Program-made: the position numbers and the translations under genes
Assembly: GCA_963664705.1 (NCBI GenBank)
Contig: OY761556.1
Coordinates: forward strand, 64,001-128,000
Direction: 5' to 3'
From: Acidobacteriota bacterium
GTDB taxonomy: Bacteria > Acidobacteriota > UBA6911
DNA length: 64,000 nt
Shown here: positions 39,173 to 49,072 of the stretch, one piece after another
How the letters are laid out: each line of letters begins with the position of its first letter
Position numbering within the stretch: position 1 is the stretch's first letter
The notes under the pieces: generated by a model
Seen by the model: only the letters and a program-made list of their open reading frames with translations
Database searches by the model: none
What the model was told of the DNA's origin: nothing

Positions 39173-39745
39173 ATGAGGATCTTAGGTATCGTGGGCAGTC
39201 CGAGGAAAAACGGTAATACAGAAATTCTGATGAATGAGGCATTAAAAGTTGCCCGGGATGCCGGCTGCGAAACCGAAATTTTTCTGATGTCCGAAAAACA
39301 GGTGGCCCCCTGCGTCGCCTGTTACGGATGTTTCAAGGTAGGGTCCTGCGTGGTTCAGGATGATATGCAGGAGCTCTATAAGATGATGGAACGGGCCGAT
39401 GGGATCATCTTCGGGAGCCCGGTCTACTTTGGCAGCATTACCGCACAGGCGAAAGCGGTTATGGACAGAATGTTTGCTCTGCTCCGACAGCGGTCACTGA
39501 AAGACAAAGTGGCTGCGGCTCTCGTTGTAACCCGGAGAGTGGGGGCCATTCAGGCCAGGTCGCTCCTGTATGGATTTTGCATCGCGCAAGGAATGATTGT
39601 GTCCGGCGGCGCTATTGGCTACGGAAGAGAAGCCGGGGATGTTTTTACGGGAGTAGGCGGCGGTATCGATATGACCGCGATGGAGGAAACACGCGTCATG
39701 GCCTCCGGCCTTGTCCGGCTGGTCAAGAAACTCGGTCGTGAATAG
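39173..39745 (+). CDS. Iron-sulfur flavoprotein / flavodoxin family
   Basis: GSPRKNGNT, C..C..C.....C, GSPVYFG. Confidence 0.9.
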   Translation: MRILGIVGSPRKNGNTEILMNEALKVARDAGCETEIFLMSEKQVAPCVACYGCFKVGSCVVQDDMQELYKMMERADGIIFGSPVYFGSITAQAKAVMDRMFALLRQRSLKDKVAAALVVTRRVGAIQARSLLYGFCIAQGMIVSGGAIGYGREAGDVFTGVGGGIDMTAMEETRVMASGLVRLVKKLGRE

Positions 39746-39809
39746 TGCTTCGGGCGGTTGGATTCGTGGAACCAGTGGTGGCTCCTGATTCCACGAATCC
39801 AATTGCCTG

Positions 39810-40601
39810 CTATCGCAATTGGGAGGATGGCTTCCAGCCGCCATTGATGGCGAGCACTTCTCCCGTAATATAGGACGCCGCATCCGAAGCCAGGAAAACC
39901 GCGGACTGGGCGATATCTTCCGGTTCAGCCAGCCGTCCCAGCGGGACCATCCCGGCATTCTGTTTTTCAAGCTGAGGGTCTTTCCAGAAAGGCGCGTTAA
40001 ATTCCGTCTTAACGATCCCTGGAGCGATCGCATTCACCCGGATGCGATGTTCAGCCAGTTCCAACGCAAGTTGCCGGGTCAGCATGATAATTCCCGCTTT
40101 AGATACCGAATAGGCTCCGCCTCCCGGGCCAGGCGTCAAGCCTACCTGCGAAGACATATTGATAATGCTGCCGCTTTTTCTCGGAATCATGACCTTGCCG
40201 ACCGCCTGGCAGCAAAGATACGTTCCCTTGAGATTTGTGTCGATCACCTTATCCCAATGCTCCTCGCTACACTCGACCAGCGTCTCTCCCGGAATCCAGA
40301 CTCCGGCGCAGTTGACCAGGATGTCGACCTTTCCAAACGAATCCATGACGCGGCTGACCATGGCATTCACTTCTCCCGGTTGAGAAATATCGCCCTTGAG
40401 CGCAAGCGCCTTTGAGCCGGAGTTGCGCATGGCCTCTGCAGTTTTTTCAAGCAATCCGTCCGTGGTTGAGATATCGCAGACAGCAATGTCTGCCCCTGCT
40501 TCCGCCAGGGCCATGGCGATGGCCATACCAATGCCACGCCTGCCCCCTGTTACAATGGCGCATCTTCCCTTAAGACAGTCTCGTTTCATTGCGGATTCCA
40601 T
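39810..40601 (-). CDS. SDR family oxidoreductase
   Basis: TGGRRGIG, VNCAG, YSVSK, VNAIAPG. Confidence 0.93.
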   Translation of the reverse strand: MESAMKRDCLKGRCAIVTGGRRGIGMAIAMALAEAGADIAVCDISTTDGLLEKTAEAMRNSGSKALALKGDISQPGEVNAMVSRVMDSFGKVDILVNCAGVWIPGETLVECSEEHWDKVIDTNLKGTYLCCQAVGKVMIPRKSGSIINMSSQVGLTPGPGGGAYSVSKAGIIMLTRQLALELAEHRIRVNAIAPGIVKTEFNAPFWKDPQLEKQNAGMVPLGRLAEPEDIAQSAVFLASDAASYITGEVLAINGGWKPSSQLR

Positions 40602-40700
40602 ATGGGATCATCCTGGATTAAGGATTATAATCAGCATCTTTGGGATTGTACCCTCTACACAAAGCCTAAATAACTTAACACTTCAGCAGAGGAGTTGAAA

Positions 40701-41519
40701 ATGAATCGATCACGTTCTTTCCGTTGGATTATTATGGCCGCCGGATTATTCCTCTTGAGTGCCTGCGTTCTCATGCACGCGCAGGAAAAGGGCGGGTATC
40801 AGCCGCAGGTCGGCCAGCAGGGCAAGGATGTGGTCTGGGTTCCAACACAACAGGATCTTGTTGATAGAATGCTGGCGATGGCAAGAGTCACGGCGCAGGA
40901 TTATGTCATTGATCTCGGCTCAGGGGATGGACGTACCGTCATTACGGCCGCTAAGCTCGGAGCGCAGGCTCTTGGGATCGAATACAATCCCGATATGGTT
41001 GAGCTTTCCAAACGCAATGCGGCGGAGGCAGGCGTGGGCGCCAAGGCCGCTTTCATCAAAGCCGATCTGTTTGAAAGCGATTTCTCAAAAGCTACCGTTA
41101 TCACAATGTTTCTGCTTCCCGATATCAACCTTCGTTTGAGGCCCAGACTTCTCAACCTTAAGCCGGGAACTCGCATCGTTTCGAATAGCTTTACCATGGA
41201 GGACTGGGAAGCTGATGGAACAGTGGCGCTGGAAAACGGCTGTATCAGTTGGTGTACCGCCTATCTTTGGATTATTCCCGCGAAGGTGGAAGGGAAATGG
41301 CAATTTGCCAACGGTTCGCTGGATCTGACGCAGACTTTTCAGATGATTAGTGGAAAACTGGAGACCGGCGGACAAACCAGCACAGTCCGAGGGAAGCTCA
41401 GTGGAAACAATATCAGTTTTCAGGCGGGCTCGGATGAGTATGAAGGCAAAGTCGAAGGTGATGTAATCACTATCAGCTCAAAGTCAGGCAGCAGCATTCG
41501 CGCCACCAGACTTCGCTAA
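40701..41519 (+). CDS. Class I SAM-dependent methyltransferase with signal peptide
   Basis: Hydrophobic N-terminus ending MHA; DV.WVPT, IDLGSGDGR, LKPGTRIVS. Confidence 0.85.
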   Translation: MNRSRSFRWIIMAAGLFLLSACVLMHAQEKGGYQPQVGQQGKDVVWVPTQQDLVDRMLAMARVTAQDYVIDLGSGDGRTVITAAKLGAQALGIEYNPDMVELSKRNAAEAGVGAKAAFIKADLFESDFSKATVITMFLLPDINLRLRPRLLNLKPGTRIVSNSFTMEDWEADGTVALENGCISWCTAYLWIIPAKVEGKWQFANGSLDLTQTFQMISGKLETGGQTSTVRGKLSGNNISFQAGSDEYEGKVEGDVITISSKSGSSIRATRLR

Positions 41520-41527
41520 AGATCACG

Positions 41528-41551
41528 CTGGGAGCGCGTCAGCGCTCCCAG
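41528..41551. terminator. Hairpin between convergent genes
   Basis: CTGGGAGCGC-GTCA-GCGCTCCCAG. Confidence 0.55.
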
Positions 41552-41567
41552 TCGGTCCCTGGACCTG

Positions 41568-41945
41568 CTACACGGATGAGGGTGACTGCTCAGCAAGAAC
41601 CTCACCCAGCCGCTCAATAAGCAATCCGCAGTTTCTGGAAATCTCGTCGATTTCTTCTTTTGTAATCTCGTCGATGTGAATGCCGGCAATGGCACAAACC
41701 GGTATTTTCAGCCGCCGGCAAAGCATGTGCGCTGCCGTGTAGGCAATGATGTCATCTTTGTGCCCGAGCCTGGTGAGGACAGATACCGATGCTCGGTTTT
41801 CGGCGGCGCTGTATTCCGCAACCGCGACAGCGCCCACATGCGCCTGATCGTTTGAGATAAAAACCACCAGGTCATTGCCTACCGGCCTGGTGACAAGATG
41901 CACGCGAGTGCGGTTTGTCCCTTCGCTCAGAGATACCGATTTCAT
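41568..41945 (-). CDS. LpdD-like prenylated-FMN chaperone
   Basis: G.DL.V.I....AHVGAVA, GHKDD, AGIHID.I.K.EI; ATGA overlap with ubiX. Confidence 0.7.
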   Translation of the reverse strand: MKSVSLSEGTNRTRVHLVTRPVGNDLVVFISNDQAHVGAVAVAEYSAAENRASVSVLTRLGHKDDIIAYTAAHMLCRRLKIPVCAIAGIHIDEITKEEIDEISRNCGLLIERLGEVLAEQSPSSV

Positions 41946-42514
41946 AGAACGATGCCTGTGCCCGGCCACCGGGTAAAAAGGCGGTGCTGGATATTGAATA
42001 AATCGAGAACACGGCCTACGGTGTGATCGACAATATCCTGTATGGTTTGAGGCCCATGGTAAAAGGCTGGGATGGGTGGCATGACAATCGCGCCCATTTC
42101 AGTAACGCTGACCATGTTTCGCAGGTGTCCGAGGTGAAGCGGTGTTTCCCGCGCCAGCAGCACAAGGCGCCGTCTTTCTTTGAGGGTGACATCGGCGGCG
42201 CGTGTTATCAGATTGTCGGCATACGATGAAGCCAGGGCCGATAGTGTTTTCATGCTGCAGGGGGAAATGACCATTCCATCATGTTGAAAGGAACCGCTGG
42301 CAATCCGGGCTCCAATATCGTTTATGTCATAGGCGTAGTGGGCCATGGCTTTGACTTGATCTGCTTTGAAAGCCGTTTCAATTTCAATCGTCTGTTCGCC
42401 GGCAGCAGAGATAACGAGGTGCGTCTCCACTTCCTTGATATCGGACAAAACCTGCAGTAATCGGATGCCGTAGATAACCCCGGTTGCCCCGTTCATCCCA
42501 ATTAGAATTTTCAA
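41942..42514 (-). CDS. ubiX: Flavin prenyltransferase
   Basis: GATG..YG, IASGS, PCSMKTL, RAADV.LKERR.L, RETPL, P.PAFY; TTG 42514 after GAGGAG. Confidence 0.95.
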   Translation of the reverse strand: MKILIGMNGATGVIYGIRLLQVLSDIKEVETHLVISAAGEQTIEIETAFKADQVKAMAHYAYDINDIGARIASGSFQHDGMVISPCSMKTLSALASSYADNLITRAADVTLKERRRLVLLARETPLHLGHLRNMVSVTEMGAIVMPPIPAFYHGPQTIQDIVDHTVGRVLDLFNIQHRLFTRWPGTGIVL

Positions 42515-42643
42515 TAGACTACTCTCCTCAATATTTGGGATTACTATACCTCCAAGCCGTCGGCGCTCAAAAGGACTCAAATAGTTAATTTTTGAAGCAA
42601 ATCGGGGGTGGGCTGATATAGTGAACTCCTGTTGGGTGAGACT

Positions 42644-43981
42644 ATGGCTTCATCGTTTACGGGTCGTTACAGATATAAAGATATCGCGAATGCTGCAGAG
42701 CAAAGCGGTTCCTGCCGCGTGGTTGTTGAGGATCAGAACCTCCAGGTTCTGCCGGATAAAGGTTCGCCCATTGCATTGGATCTCGGGGATATCGATGAAT
42801 ATATTCCGGGAGACTATGAGCTGACGCTTCGTGTTTATGACGGGAGCTTGCTTGTTTTAAGCCATTTTGCCAAAACTTATCAGAACCTTACGCACGACCT
42901 GCTGGCCGCCTATCGCGATCGGACAATCCAGTGCCTGCTGCTGGAGGATCTCGAAGAGGCCGTCCGGATTGAAGGGAACGCACAATTGGATTCCCCTGAA
43001 TTCCAGTTTTCCTGCCGGTCTGAGATAAGGCTCTATGGAAGCAATCTGGCTATTCTGCCGGAGCGGGCGACCGGAATGCAGTGGCGGCTCGCCGACATTG
43101 ATTCCATCGCTTTTGATGAGGCAGATCATGCTCTGCATGTCAGGTCGTGCGATGATCGCCTGATACTGGGAAAGCTTGCAAAGCGGACGGGGGAATTCGA
43201 AAAATTCCTGAAATCCTCCATGAGCAATGTTTCGGAAAAATCGGCCAGGGTCATTCAGCGTATCCTGCCATTTTTATCTCCGGGGCAATTCCAGCGGTTG
43301 GCTGCCATTTTGATGGAAGGGCGGGCTGCCAATATCAGGGAGATGGAAGCCATTCATCCCAAAATCGGTCAGGCGTTGGCTGAACAGACCGTTAGCGTGA
43401 AGCTGCAGCCCTACTTTGAGGCACTTCGCCAAAGGTCCATCGAACCTGGTTTGTATTCGGGTTTTAAACTCATACGCGAAGAACCCGAAGCGGATGATGT
43501 TGTTGCCGGGACGGTAGAAATCTCCGAAGCCGGGACTCCGCTGGAAGAATCCCAACCTGCGGAGACGGATGCTCCCTCCGTTATCCATTGGTACTTTTTC
43601 CCGATTTGCGGGGACCGGGGAGAGTTGCGCAACCTCGTTGCCTGGGAGGTCGTGTCCAGTGGCGGGCGCGCCACGTATTTCTTCAGACTCGTCCCCAAAG
43701 ACCAGGAGGGATTGCTGCAAAATCCCGACCAGGCGCCGTCTGTTTTGAAAGCCTCGATTCGTCGACTCAATCGGGCGCTCGTATTATTGAACTTTCGACG
43801 GGAACCAATCTACCTGAAGGATGAGTCTCTGGAAATGCAGCCTCAATATAGACGCTACGCAATTGCCTGCCGCAAAATGCCCGTTCTGCGCCAGCTTCGC
43901 AATTCTTTTCTGGGTCGGGCCCTTCACACATCGATACAGGATTGGGAAGAGCAGGTGCAGAAAATCCTGGCGAACGCTTGA
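42644..43981 (+). CDS. Hypothetical protein
   Basis: 445-codon ORF filling the gap; no motif recognised. Confidence 0.7.
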   Translation: MASSFTGRYRYKDIANAAEQSGSCRVVVEDQNLQVLPDKGSPIALDLGDIDEYIPGDYELTLRVYDGSLLVLSHFAKTYQNLTHDLLAAYRDRTIQCLLLEDLEEAVRIEGNAQLDSPEFQFSCRSEIRLYGSNLAILPERATGMQWRLADIDSIAFDEADHALHVRSCDDRLILGKLAKRTGEFEKFLKSSMSNVSEKSARVIQRILPFLSPGQFQRLAAILMEGRAANIREMEAIHPKIGQALAEQTVSVKLQPYFEALRQRSIEPGLYSGFKLIREEPEADDVVAGTVEISEAGTPLEESQPAETDAPSVIHWYFFPICGDRGELRNLVAWEVVSSGGRATYFFRLVPKDQEGLLQNPDQAPSVLKASIRRLNRALVLLNFRREPIYLKDESLEMQPQYRRYAIACRKMPVLRQLRNSFLGRALHTSIQDWEEQVQKILANA

Positions 43982-43988
43982 TCTGGAA

Positions 43989-44606
43989 ATGATGGACTAC
44001 GCATATCAATTTGGCGACCCGCAAGCATTGTATCTGAATGTAACCAATCGATGCACCAATCGGTGCCGGTTTTGCGTTCGTAATGGGATTGAGGGTTTGG
44101 GCGGAGCGGTGCTTTGGGGAGAGGAAGAACCGGACCTTCCTGCATTGAAGCATGCGGTTGAATCTAACGGGTCTATCGAAATATTTCGTGAGTTCATATG
44201 GTGCGGTTTTGGTGAGCCGACGTATCGCCTCGAGTTGATGAAACAGGCTGCGCCCTGGCTTCGGAGCCGAGGCGCCAAAATTCGGTTGAACACAAATGGA
44301 CATGCTTGCCTGATTCACGGCCGCGATGTTCTCCCGGAACTGTCGGAATGTGTCGACGCAGTTTCGATATCGTTGAATGCCCCGAGTGCCGAACGATACA
44401 TCGAATTATGCCGGCCGGAGTCGGTAGATTTGGGTATTGCTCCCAGTCGATACTGGGATGCCTTGCTCGAGTTTCTTGAGCGGTCCCCGCACTATTTTGG
44501 GGAAACCCAGGCAAGCGTGGTCGGGTTTTCGCTCAGCCGGGAGGAAATCGAGCAATGTCGAAGGCTGGCTCTTTCCCTGAGTGTTCAGCGCTTCAGAGTT
44601 CGATAG
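43989..44606 (+). CDS. TatD-associated radical SAM protein
   Basis: LYLNVTNRCTNRCRFCVR (CxxxCxxC), CGFGEPT, RLNTNG, ISLNAP. Confidence 0.85.
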   Translation: MMDYAYQFGDPQALYLNVTNRCTNRCRFCVRNGIEGLGGAVLWGEEEPDLPALKHAVESNGSIEIFREFIWCGFGEPTYRLELMKQAAPWLRSRGAKIRLNTNGHACLIHGRDVLPELSECVDAVSISLNAPSAERYIELCRPESVDLGIAPSRYWDALLEFLERSPHYFGETQASVVGFSLSREEIEQCRRLALSLSVQRFRVR

Positions 44607-44626
44607 AGCTGTTGTTCCATTCCTGA

Positions 44627-45070
44627 TTACGGCTGTTTTTCGACCAGTTCGACTGTGATGTCATCCGGTCCCTTTAGATAGGCAACGCCCCACCTGCCTG
44701 TGCCATTGTTGCCCGGCGCCCATACCGGTGGATTGACAAACCGGATCCCCCTGCCCGAAAGCTCCTGATGCATTTTCTGGATGTCGTCGACCAGGAACGC
44801 AATATGTGCGGCGCCGGCATTGCATGAGGTCGAGTCGATCTTTTGCCCGCTGGGGCGGACGTATTCGATTAGTTCTATGCCTGGTCCCTGAGGGATTTCG
44901 ACAATGGATATGCGCAAAAAAGCGTCCGGCATTCCGACGATCTTCTGAACGTTCGGGTTCTCCACTTCCATGATGGGCGATGCATTCAATCCCAATAGGT
45001 CGCGGAAGAAATGGAGGGCCGCTTCAATATTGCTGACCGTAAAACTAAAATGTTCTGCCGCCTTTATCAT
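44627..45070 (-). CDS. VOC/glyoxalase family protein
   Basis: H.SFTV, IELIEY, HIAF.VDD, GPD...VELVE. Confidence 0.88.
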   Translation of the reverse strand: MIKAAEHFSFTVSNIEAALHFFRDLLGLNASPIMEVENPNVQKIVGMPDAFLRISIVEIPQGPGIELIEYVRPSGQKIDSTSCNAGAAHIAFLVDDIQKMHQELSGRGIRFVNPPVWAPGNNGTGRWGVAYLKGPDDITVELVEKQP

Positions 45071-45137
45071 TTCACGTCCTTTTTGGGGGAATATTGGCCG
45101 ATATTCGAGTGTCGGCGTATCCCGGTGGAAAGCAATC

Positions 45138-45902
45138 TCAGCGTGCGGTCCATCCGCCGTCAATAACCAGTTCAGAGCCAGTCAGGAACTTTGATTCATC
45201 CGATGCAAGATAGAGAACTCCGTAGGCAACATCATTGGGCTCACCGAAATGCCCCATGGCATGCCAGTTCAACGCCATCCTGTATTTGTCTTCATCTTTT
45301 TTCAAATCGTCCGCCATCTGCGTCTCCATGACGCCGGGATAAATGGAGTTTACTCTTATGTTGTAGTCATAACCGGCTTTGGAGCACTCAATGGCGGCTG
45401 CTTTGGAGAACTGGCGCACGCCTCCTTTGCTCGCATGGTAGGCTGAAGCGTCCGGATTACCGATCAGTCCTGCTACGGATGCGATGTTGATGATGGATCC
45501 GCCGCCCGTTTTTTTCATGGCCGCAATGGCAAACTTTGTTCCCAGGAATACACCGTCCAGGTTTACGCGCATCAGCCATTGCCACTCGGCAAGGGTAGTT
45601 TCTTCAATTTTCTTATAGATAATAACGCCGGCATTGTTGACCAATACATCGAGCCTTCCGTATTCCTGCACTGTCCTATCGATGACCCGCGCCCAATCGG
45701 GTTCGCTTGTTACATCCAACTGCAGCCCCATGGCCTTGCCGCCTGCACGACCAATGTCACCCGCTATGGCGGTGACGGCGGTTTCATCGATATCTGTGAC
45801 AGCAACCTTGGCTCCTTCGGATGCCAGCAGTAACGCCTGAGCTTTTCCGAGTCCTCCGGCACCACCCGTAATAATTGCAACTTTGTTTTTTACGCGATCC
45901 AT
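45138..45902 (-). CDS. SDR dehydrogenase (hydroxysteroid/cyclopentanol dehydrogenase-like)
   Basis: TGGAGGLG, NNAG, YHASK, GSELVIDGG. Confidence 0.93.
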   Translation of the reverse strand: MDRVKNKVAIITGGAGGLGKAQALLLASEGAKVAVTDIDETAVTAIAGDIGRAGGKAMGLQLDVTSEPDWARVIDRTVQEYGRLDVLVNNAGVIIYKKIEETTLAEWQWLMRVNLDGVFLGTKFAIAAMKKTGGGSIINIASVAGLIGNPDASAYHASKGGVRQFSKAAAIECSKAGYDYNIRVNSIYPGVMETQMADDLKKDEDKYRMALNWHAMGHFGEPNDVAYGVLYLASDESKFLTGSELVIDGGWTAR

Positions 45903-46029
45903 GCTGTGCCCTTTCCTGGTTAGAGCGTTTGATGAAGTGGATTCTATTCGCTTCAACCCGGTATAGGCAACACAAAGTCGGGCGCTGGGTCGCCATGCAA
46001 GCAGCCACGTCCCTTGGCTCCGAATAGAA

Positions 46030-46186
46030 CCCCGGGCGAGCTTGCGAGCCCGGGGCTACTATCTTGCGCTAGGGTAGATGGAACAGGATCCAGCCCCGGC
46101 AGGAGCGATCAGAAAGTAGACAGGGGTGAAGCGCAGCGAACCCCTGGTAGGAGAGTGAAAAACTGGAGGCCTGAAGGGGCGAAAGA
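46030..46186. repeat. Cluster of REP-like palindromes
   Basis: CCCCGGGC-N10-GCCCGGGG; CAGGGG-N-CCCCTG hairpin flanked by AGCCCCGGCAGGAGCGA and GCCTGAAGGGGCGA. Confidence 0.55.
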
Positions 46187-46337
46187 ACAAGTAAATGGCA
46201 TTGGGCGGGACTCCCGTGGGGTTCAGAAAAGTCGAACGCCACAAACCCTGTGGGATCTCGCGGTCTGCGAAACCTCACTGGATTTGTGGCGCCTATTTGA
46301 TGGGATTATTAGGGGCGTGGTTGGAACTGCCGGGTTA

Positions 46338-46706
46338 TTACCAGCGGCGATCACGTCGGCGATATGCGTCCCGATAACCTTCCCGGTATCCGTTTTTGAA
46401 TCCCTTCATGAAATCCTTTTGGAAATGGGAATTATTATATCCGTAGCCGAAGCGGCCCATGTCGCGCGCCTTGTCACTAAAGCGGCGGCCTTCACGTGAA
46501 TCACGATGCCCTTCGCGTTCTCCATCTCGGTAGCCCTGATTGTAGCCGGAGCGATAGGCATCATCCCTTGAGTCGTACCGGTTGTAGCCTCTATCCCTGT
46601 CTCTATCCCAGTCCCTGTCATTCCATCGTCCCTGTGGCAGCGCCACAATGGGGAGCGCCAGCATAAAGGCAAGGACCGGGGCAGCCAATCTGGTTATCTG
46701 TTTCAT
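46338..46706 (-). CDS. Small secreted low-complexity (R/D/G/Y-rich) protein
   Basis: Signal peptide; GY..GY..G repeats; RBS GGAGAGG. Confidence 0.7.
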   Translation of the reverse strand: MKQITRLAAPVLAFMLALPIVALPQGRWNDRDWDRDRDRGYNRYDSRDDAYRSGYNQGYRDGEREGHRDSREGRRFSDKARDMGRFGYGYNNSHFQKDFMKGFKNGYREGYRDAYRRRDRRW

Positions 46707-46771
46707 AAATCCTCTCCAATCTGATCTACCTGCTTAGATGAGGATTTGAGGCTCGGGTTTCAAATGGATCG

Positions 46772-47185
46772 CTATTTTTGTGCGACGATTGTTATGCTCT
46801 GCGATTTCAATGTTTGCGCTCTCAATTCTCGTTCAAGCTTTTGCATCCTCACCCCGGCCTTATATCCCAGCATCGAAATGCTGGAGAGGAAATGCTTGTT
46901 GCCGTACTTGTTGAAAAGAAGTTTGTCAAATGACGAATCTACACCGGGCTGGGTGAGCAAAAGACATACTCCAACGCCTTCCTTGGTTTTTATTGCAATG
47001 AAGGAGCCGGTGGGAGCCGTTCCGGATTTCATTTCAAAGGAATAATCCCCCGCTGGGAACTGCTCGCTGCCAACATAAAAATCGAAGGGGACGGTGATGT
47101 GCATTGTGGGAGAAAAGGCATAGGCGGAGCCCGCGACAAGAGTCAATACGGTGACAATAGATAAGGCTAACAGATTGCGTCTCAT
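46772..47185 (-). CDS. Small secreted beta-rich hypothetical protein
   Basis: Signal peptide AYA; VPFDF.VG...PAG.Y and L.F.KYG..HFL pattern; RBS GGAGG. Confidence 0.75.
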   Translation of the reverse strand: MRRNLLALSIVTVLTLVAGSAYAFSPTMHITVPFDFYVGSEQFPAGDYSFEMKSGTAPTGSFIAIKTKEGVGVCLLLTQPGVDSSFDKLLFNKYGNKHFLSSISMLGYKAGVRMQKLERELRAQTLKSQSITIVAQK

Positions 47186-47253
47186 AATTCCTCCAATGGG
47201 ATCTGCGGATTCCCAAGCCCCCTATTGGACTTGGTTTTCCGCCGGTTTATTGT

Positions 47254-47308
47254 TTTATACGCGGAGGGGATGAAGGTATCTGTGAGGGTTCTGTTAGGAA
47301 TTTGGGAG
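47254..47308 (-). promoter_or_regulatory. 11-bp-phased direct repeats before a TATAAA -10 box
   Basis: Minus strand: CTCCCAAATTC CTAACAGAACC CTCACAGATAC CTTCATCCCCT CCGCG TATAAA. Confidence 0.5.
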
Positions 47309-47353
47309 CGGCTTAACCCGGCACGTTTCCGTGAACATGTACCGGAATCAGCA

Positions 47354-48973
47354 CTAGGCTGTTGGGAATTGCTTCAGCAGCTTTTTGTAGCGGGGCGACG
47401 ATCGCAAAGGATCGAGATTGCTGTCATGTTCCAGCCAGGTTTTTTGTTTGAGGCCGCTTCGAACGGCTTTTTCGAGAGAGTTCAGTGCGTCATCATATTT
47501 CCTGGCTAGTGACTGGATGCAGGCAACATTGTAAAGAACCATGGGTTCATCCGGATCAATTCTCATTGCCTGTTCGGCCCATTCCAGTCCCCGGGCATGT
47601 TCGCCTAATCCAACCAGTCCGTTCGCTCCCATATACAGGGCGCGCGTATCGTCGGGATTCAGCATCAGTTTGGATTGCGCAGCCTTTATTCCGCGCAGCC
47701 GGGATGCTTTGGCTTTTTCTTCCTCTCCGAGATCCGAATAGATCTGTGCCACAAGAAGCGGCGCCTGGTAGTCGTGCGGGTTTACCTCGATAGCCTTTTC
47801 ATACATCTGTATCGTTTTCGGCAAATTCCCCTGCGCGAAACAGACTCTGGCGTAGAAGTAATAAGCTTCGAACAGCATGGGATCGAGCTGAATGGCGGTC
47901 TCGAACTCTTCCTCCGCACAGGCATAGTCCTTTTTCAGGGAACAGGCAACTCCCCGGGATGCATGCGCCTCGGCCGAATCGGGGTCCAGATTTAGAGCCT
48001 TGAGGCTCATCGTGTCGGCTTGTTTCCTGTGCTCGTCGTGATTGCCGGCATACAGGTAGAGGAAGGCACTGCAATCGGCAATCCCTGCATAAGCCCGCAC
48101 GAAACCGGAATCCAGCTCGATGGCTTGTGTGAACATCTTCAGTGCAAACTCAATGCTCTTTCTCTTATATTGATAAAAAAAAACCTTTCCCCGAAGGTAA
48201 TAGTCGTAGGCTTCCAGATCCGTGGTTGGCGCCCTGCCGATCGCGTTGCTTTCTCTCGGCGTTAAAGCGATCTTCAGGGTTGCCGCAATGCTTCTGGCGA
48301 TTTCATCCTGTATGGCAAAAATGTCTTTCAGTTCTCGATCGTATTGTTCCGACCAGAGGTAGCAGCCGTCCTCCGCTTTGATCAGCTGGGCGGTGACCCG
48401 TATTCGCTGGCCTTCTTTTCGTACGCTTCCCTGAAGAATGGTTTCCACGCCGAGTTTTTTTCCGATCGAGCGGACGTCTTCCGGCTTGGATTTGAATGCA
48501 AAGCTTGAAGTGCGGGAGGAAACTCTCAGCCCGCGGATGTGAATCAGGTTATTGATAATTTCTTCTGCAATGCCGTCACAGAAATACTCCTGGTCTTTGG
48601 CGGAACTCATATCCGAAAAAGCCAGAACTGCGATGGATCCTCGTGAACCGTGGGTGGCTTTGCCTGAAACCTCCGCGATCAGGCGATAGCCTCTTCGCGC
48701 AATGGTTTCAATGATCTTCGGATTTCTCGCGTCGTCGTGGAAAGCTTTGCGAAGCTCCGAAATTGAATATCGAAGGACTTCATTGCTGACAAAAGTATCC
48801 TGCCACACCGCCTGCATAATCTGGTTCTTGGATAGTACTTCACCGGGGTGGTCGGCCAGAAAGGTCAGAACTTCGATCACCTTGGGTTCTATCGAGACCT
48901 TTTTATTGGCGCGCGTCATTGAATTCAGATCGGGTTCAACCAGCCACTCGCCTACTCGGAATTCGCGAGCCAT
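47354..48973 (-). CDS. OmpR/CadC-type winged helix + TolB-like + TPR transcriptional regulator
   Basis: IEPK...L..L...PGEV.S...VW, ISELRK, IETI.RRGYRL; SIAVL.F, YF.DG..EE; TPRs. Confidence 0.9.
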   Translation of the reverse strand: MAREFRVGEWLVEPDLNSMTRANKKVSIEPKVIEVLTFLADHPGEVLSKNQIMQAVWQDTFVSNEVLRYSISELRKAFHDDARNPKIIETIARRGYRLIAEVSGKATHGSRGSIAVLAFSDMSSAKDQEYFCDGIAEEIINNLIHIRGLRVSSRTSSFAFKSKPEDVRSIGKKLGVETILQGSVRKEGQRIRVTAQLIKAEDGCYLWSEQYDRELKDIFAIQDEIARSIAATLKIALTPRESNAIGRAPTTDLEAYDYYLRGKVFFYQYKRKSIEFALKMFTQAIELDSGFVRAYAGIADCSAFLYLYAGNHDEHRKQADTMSLKALNLDPDSAEAHASRGVACSLKKDYACAEEEFETAIQLDPMLFEAYYFYARVCFAQGNLPKTIQMYEKAIEVNPHDYQAPLLVAQIYSDLGEEEKAKASRLRGIKAAQSKLMLNPDDTRALYMGANGLVGLGEHARGLEWAEQAMRIDPDEPMVLYNVACIQSLARKYDDALNSLEKAVRSGLKQKTWLEHDSNLDPLRSSPRYKKLLKQFPTA

Positions 48974-49072
48974 GCTTCTCCTCTTCCTATTGAACCTGTT
49001 TCCGACTTAATTGATAGCCAGTCCCTATTATGCTACAGCTCACATCATTAAACGAATTTTGAGCCAATAAGT

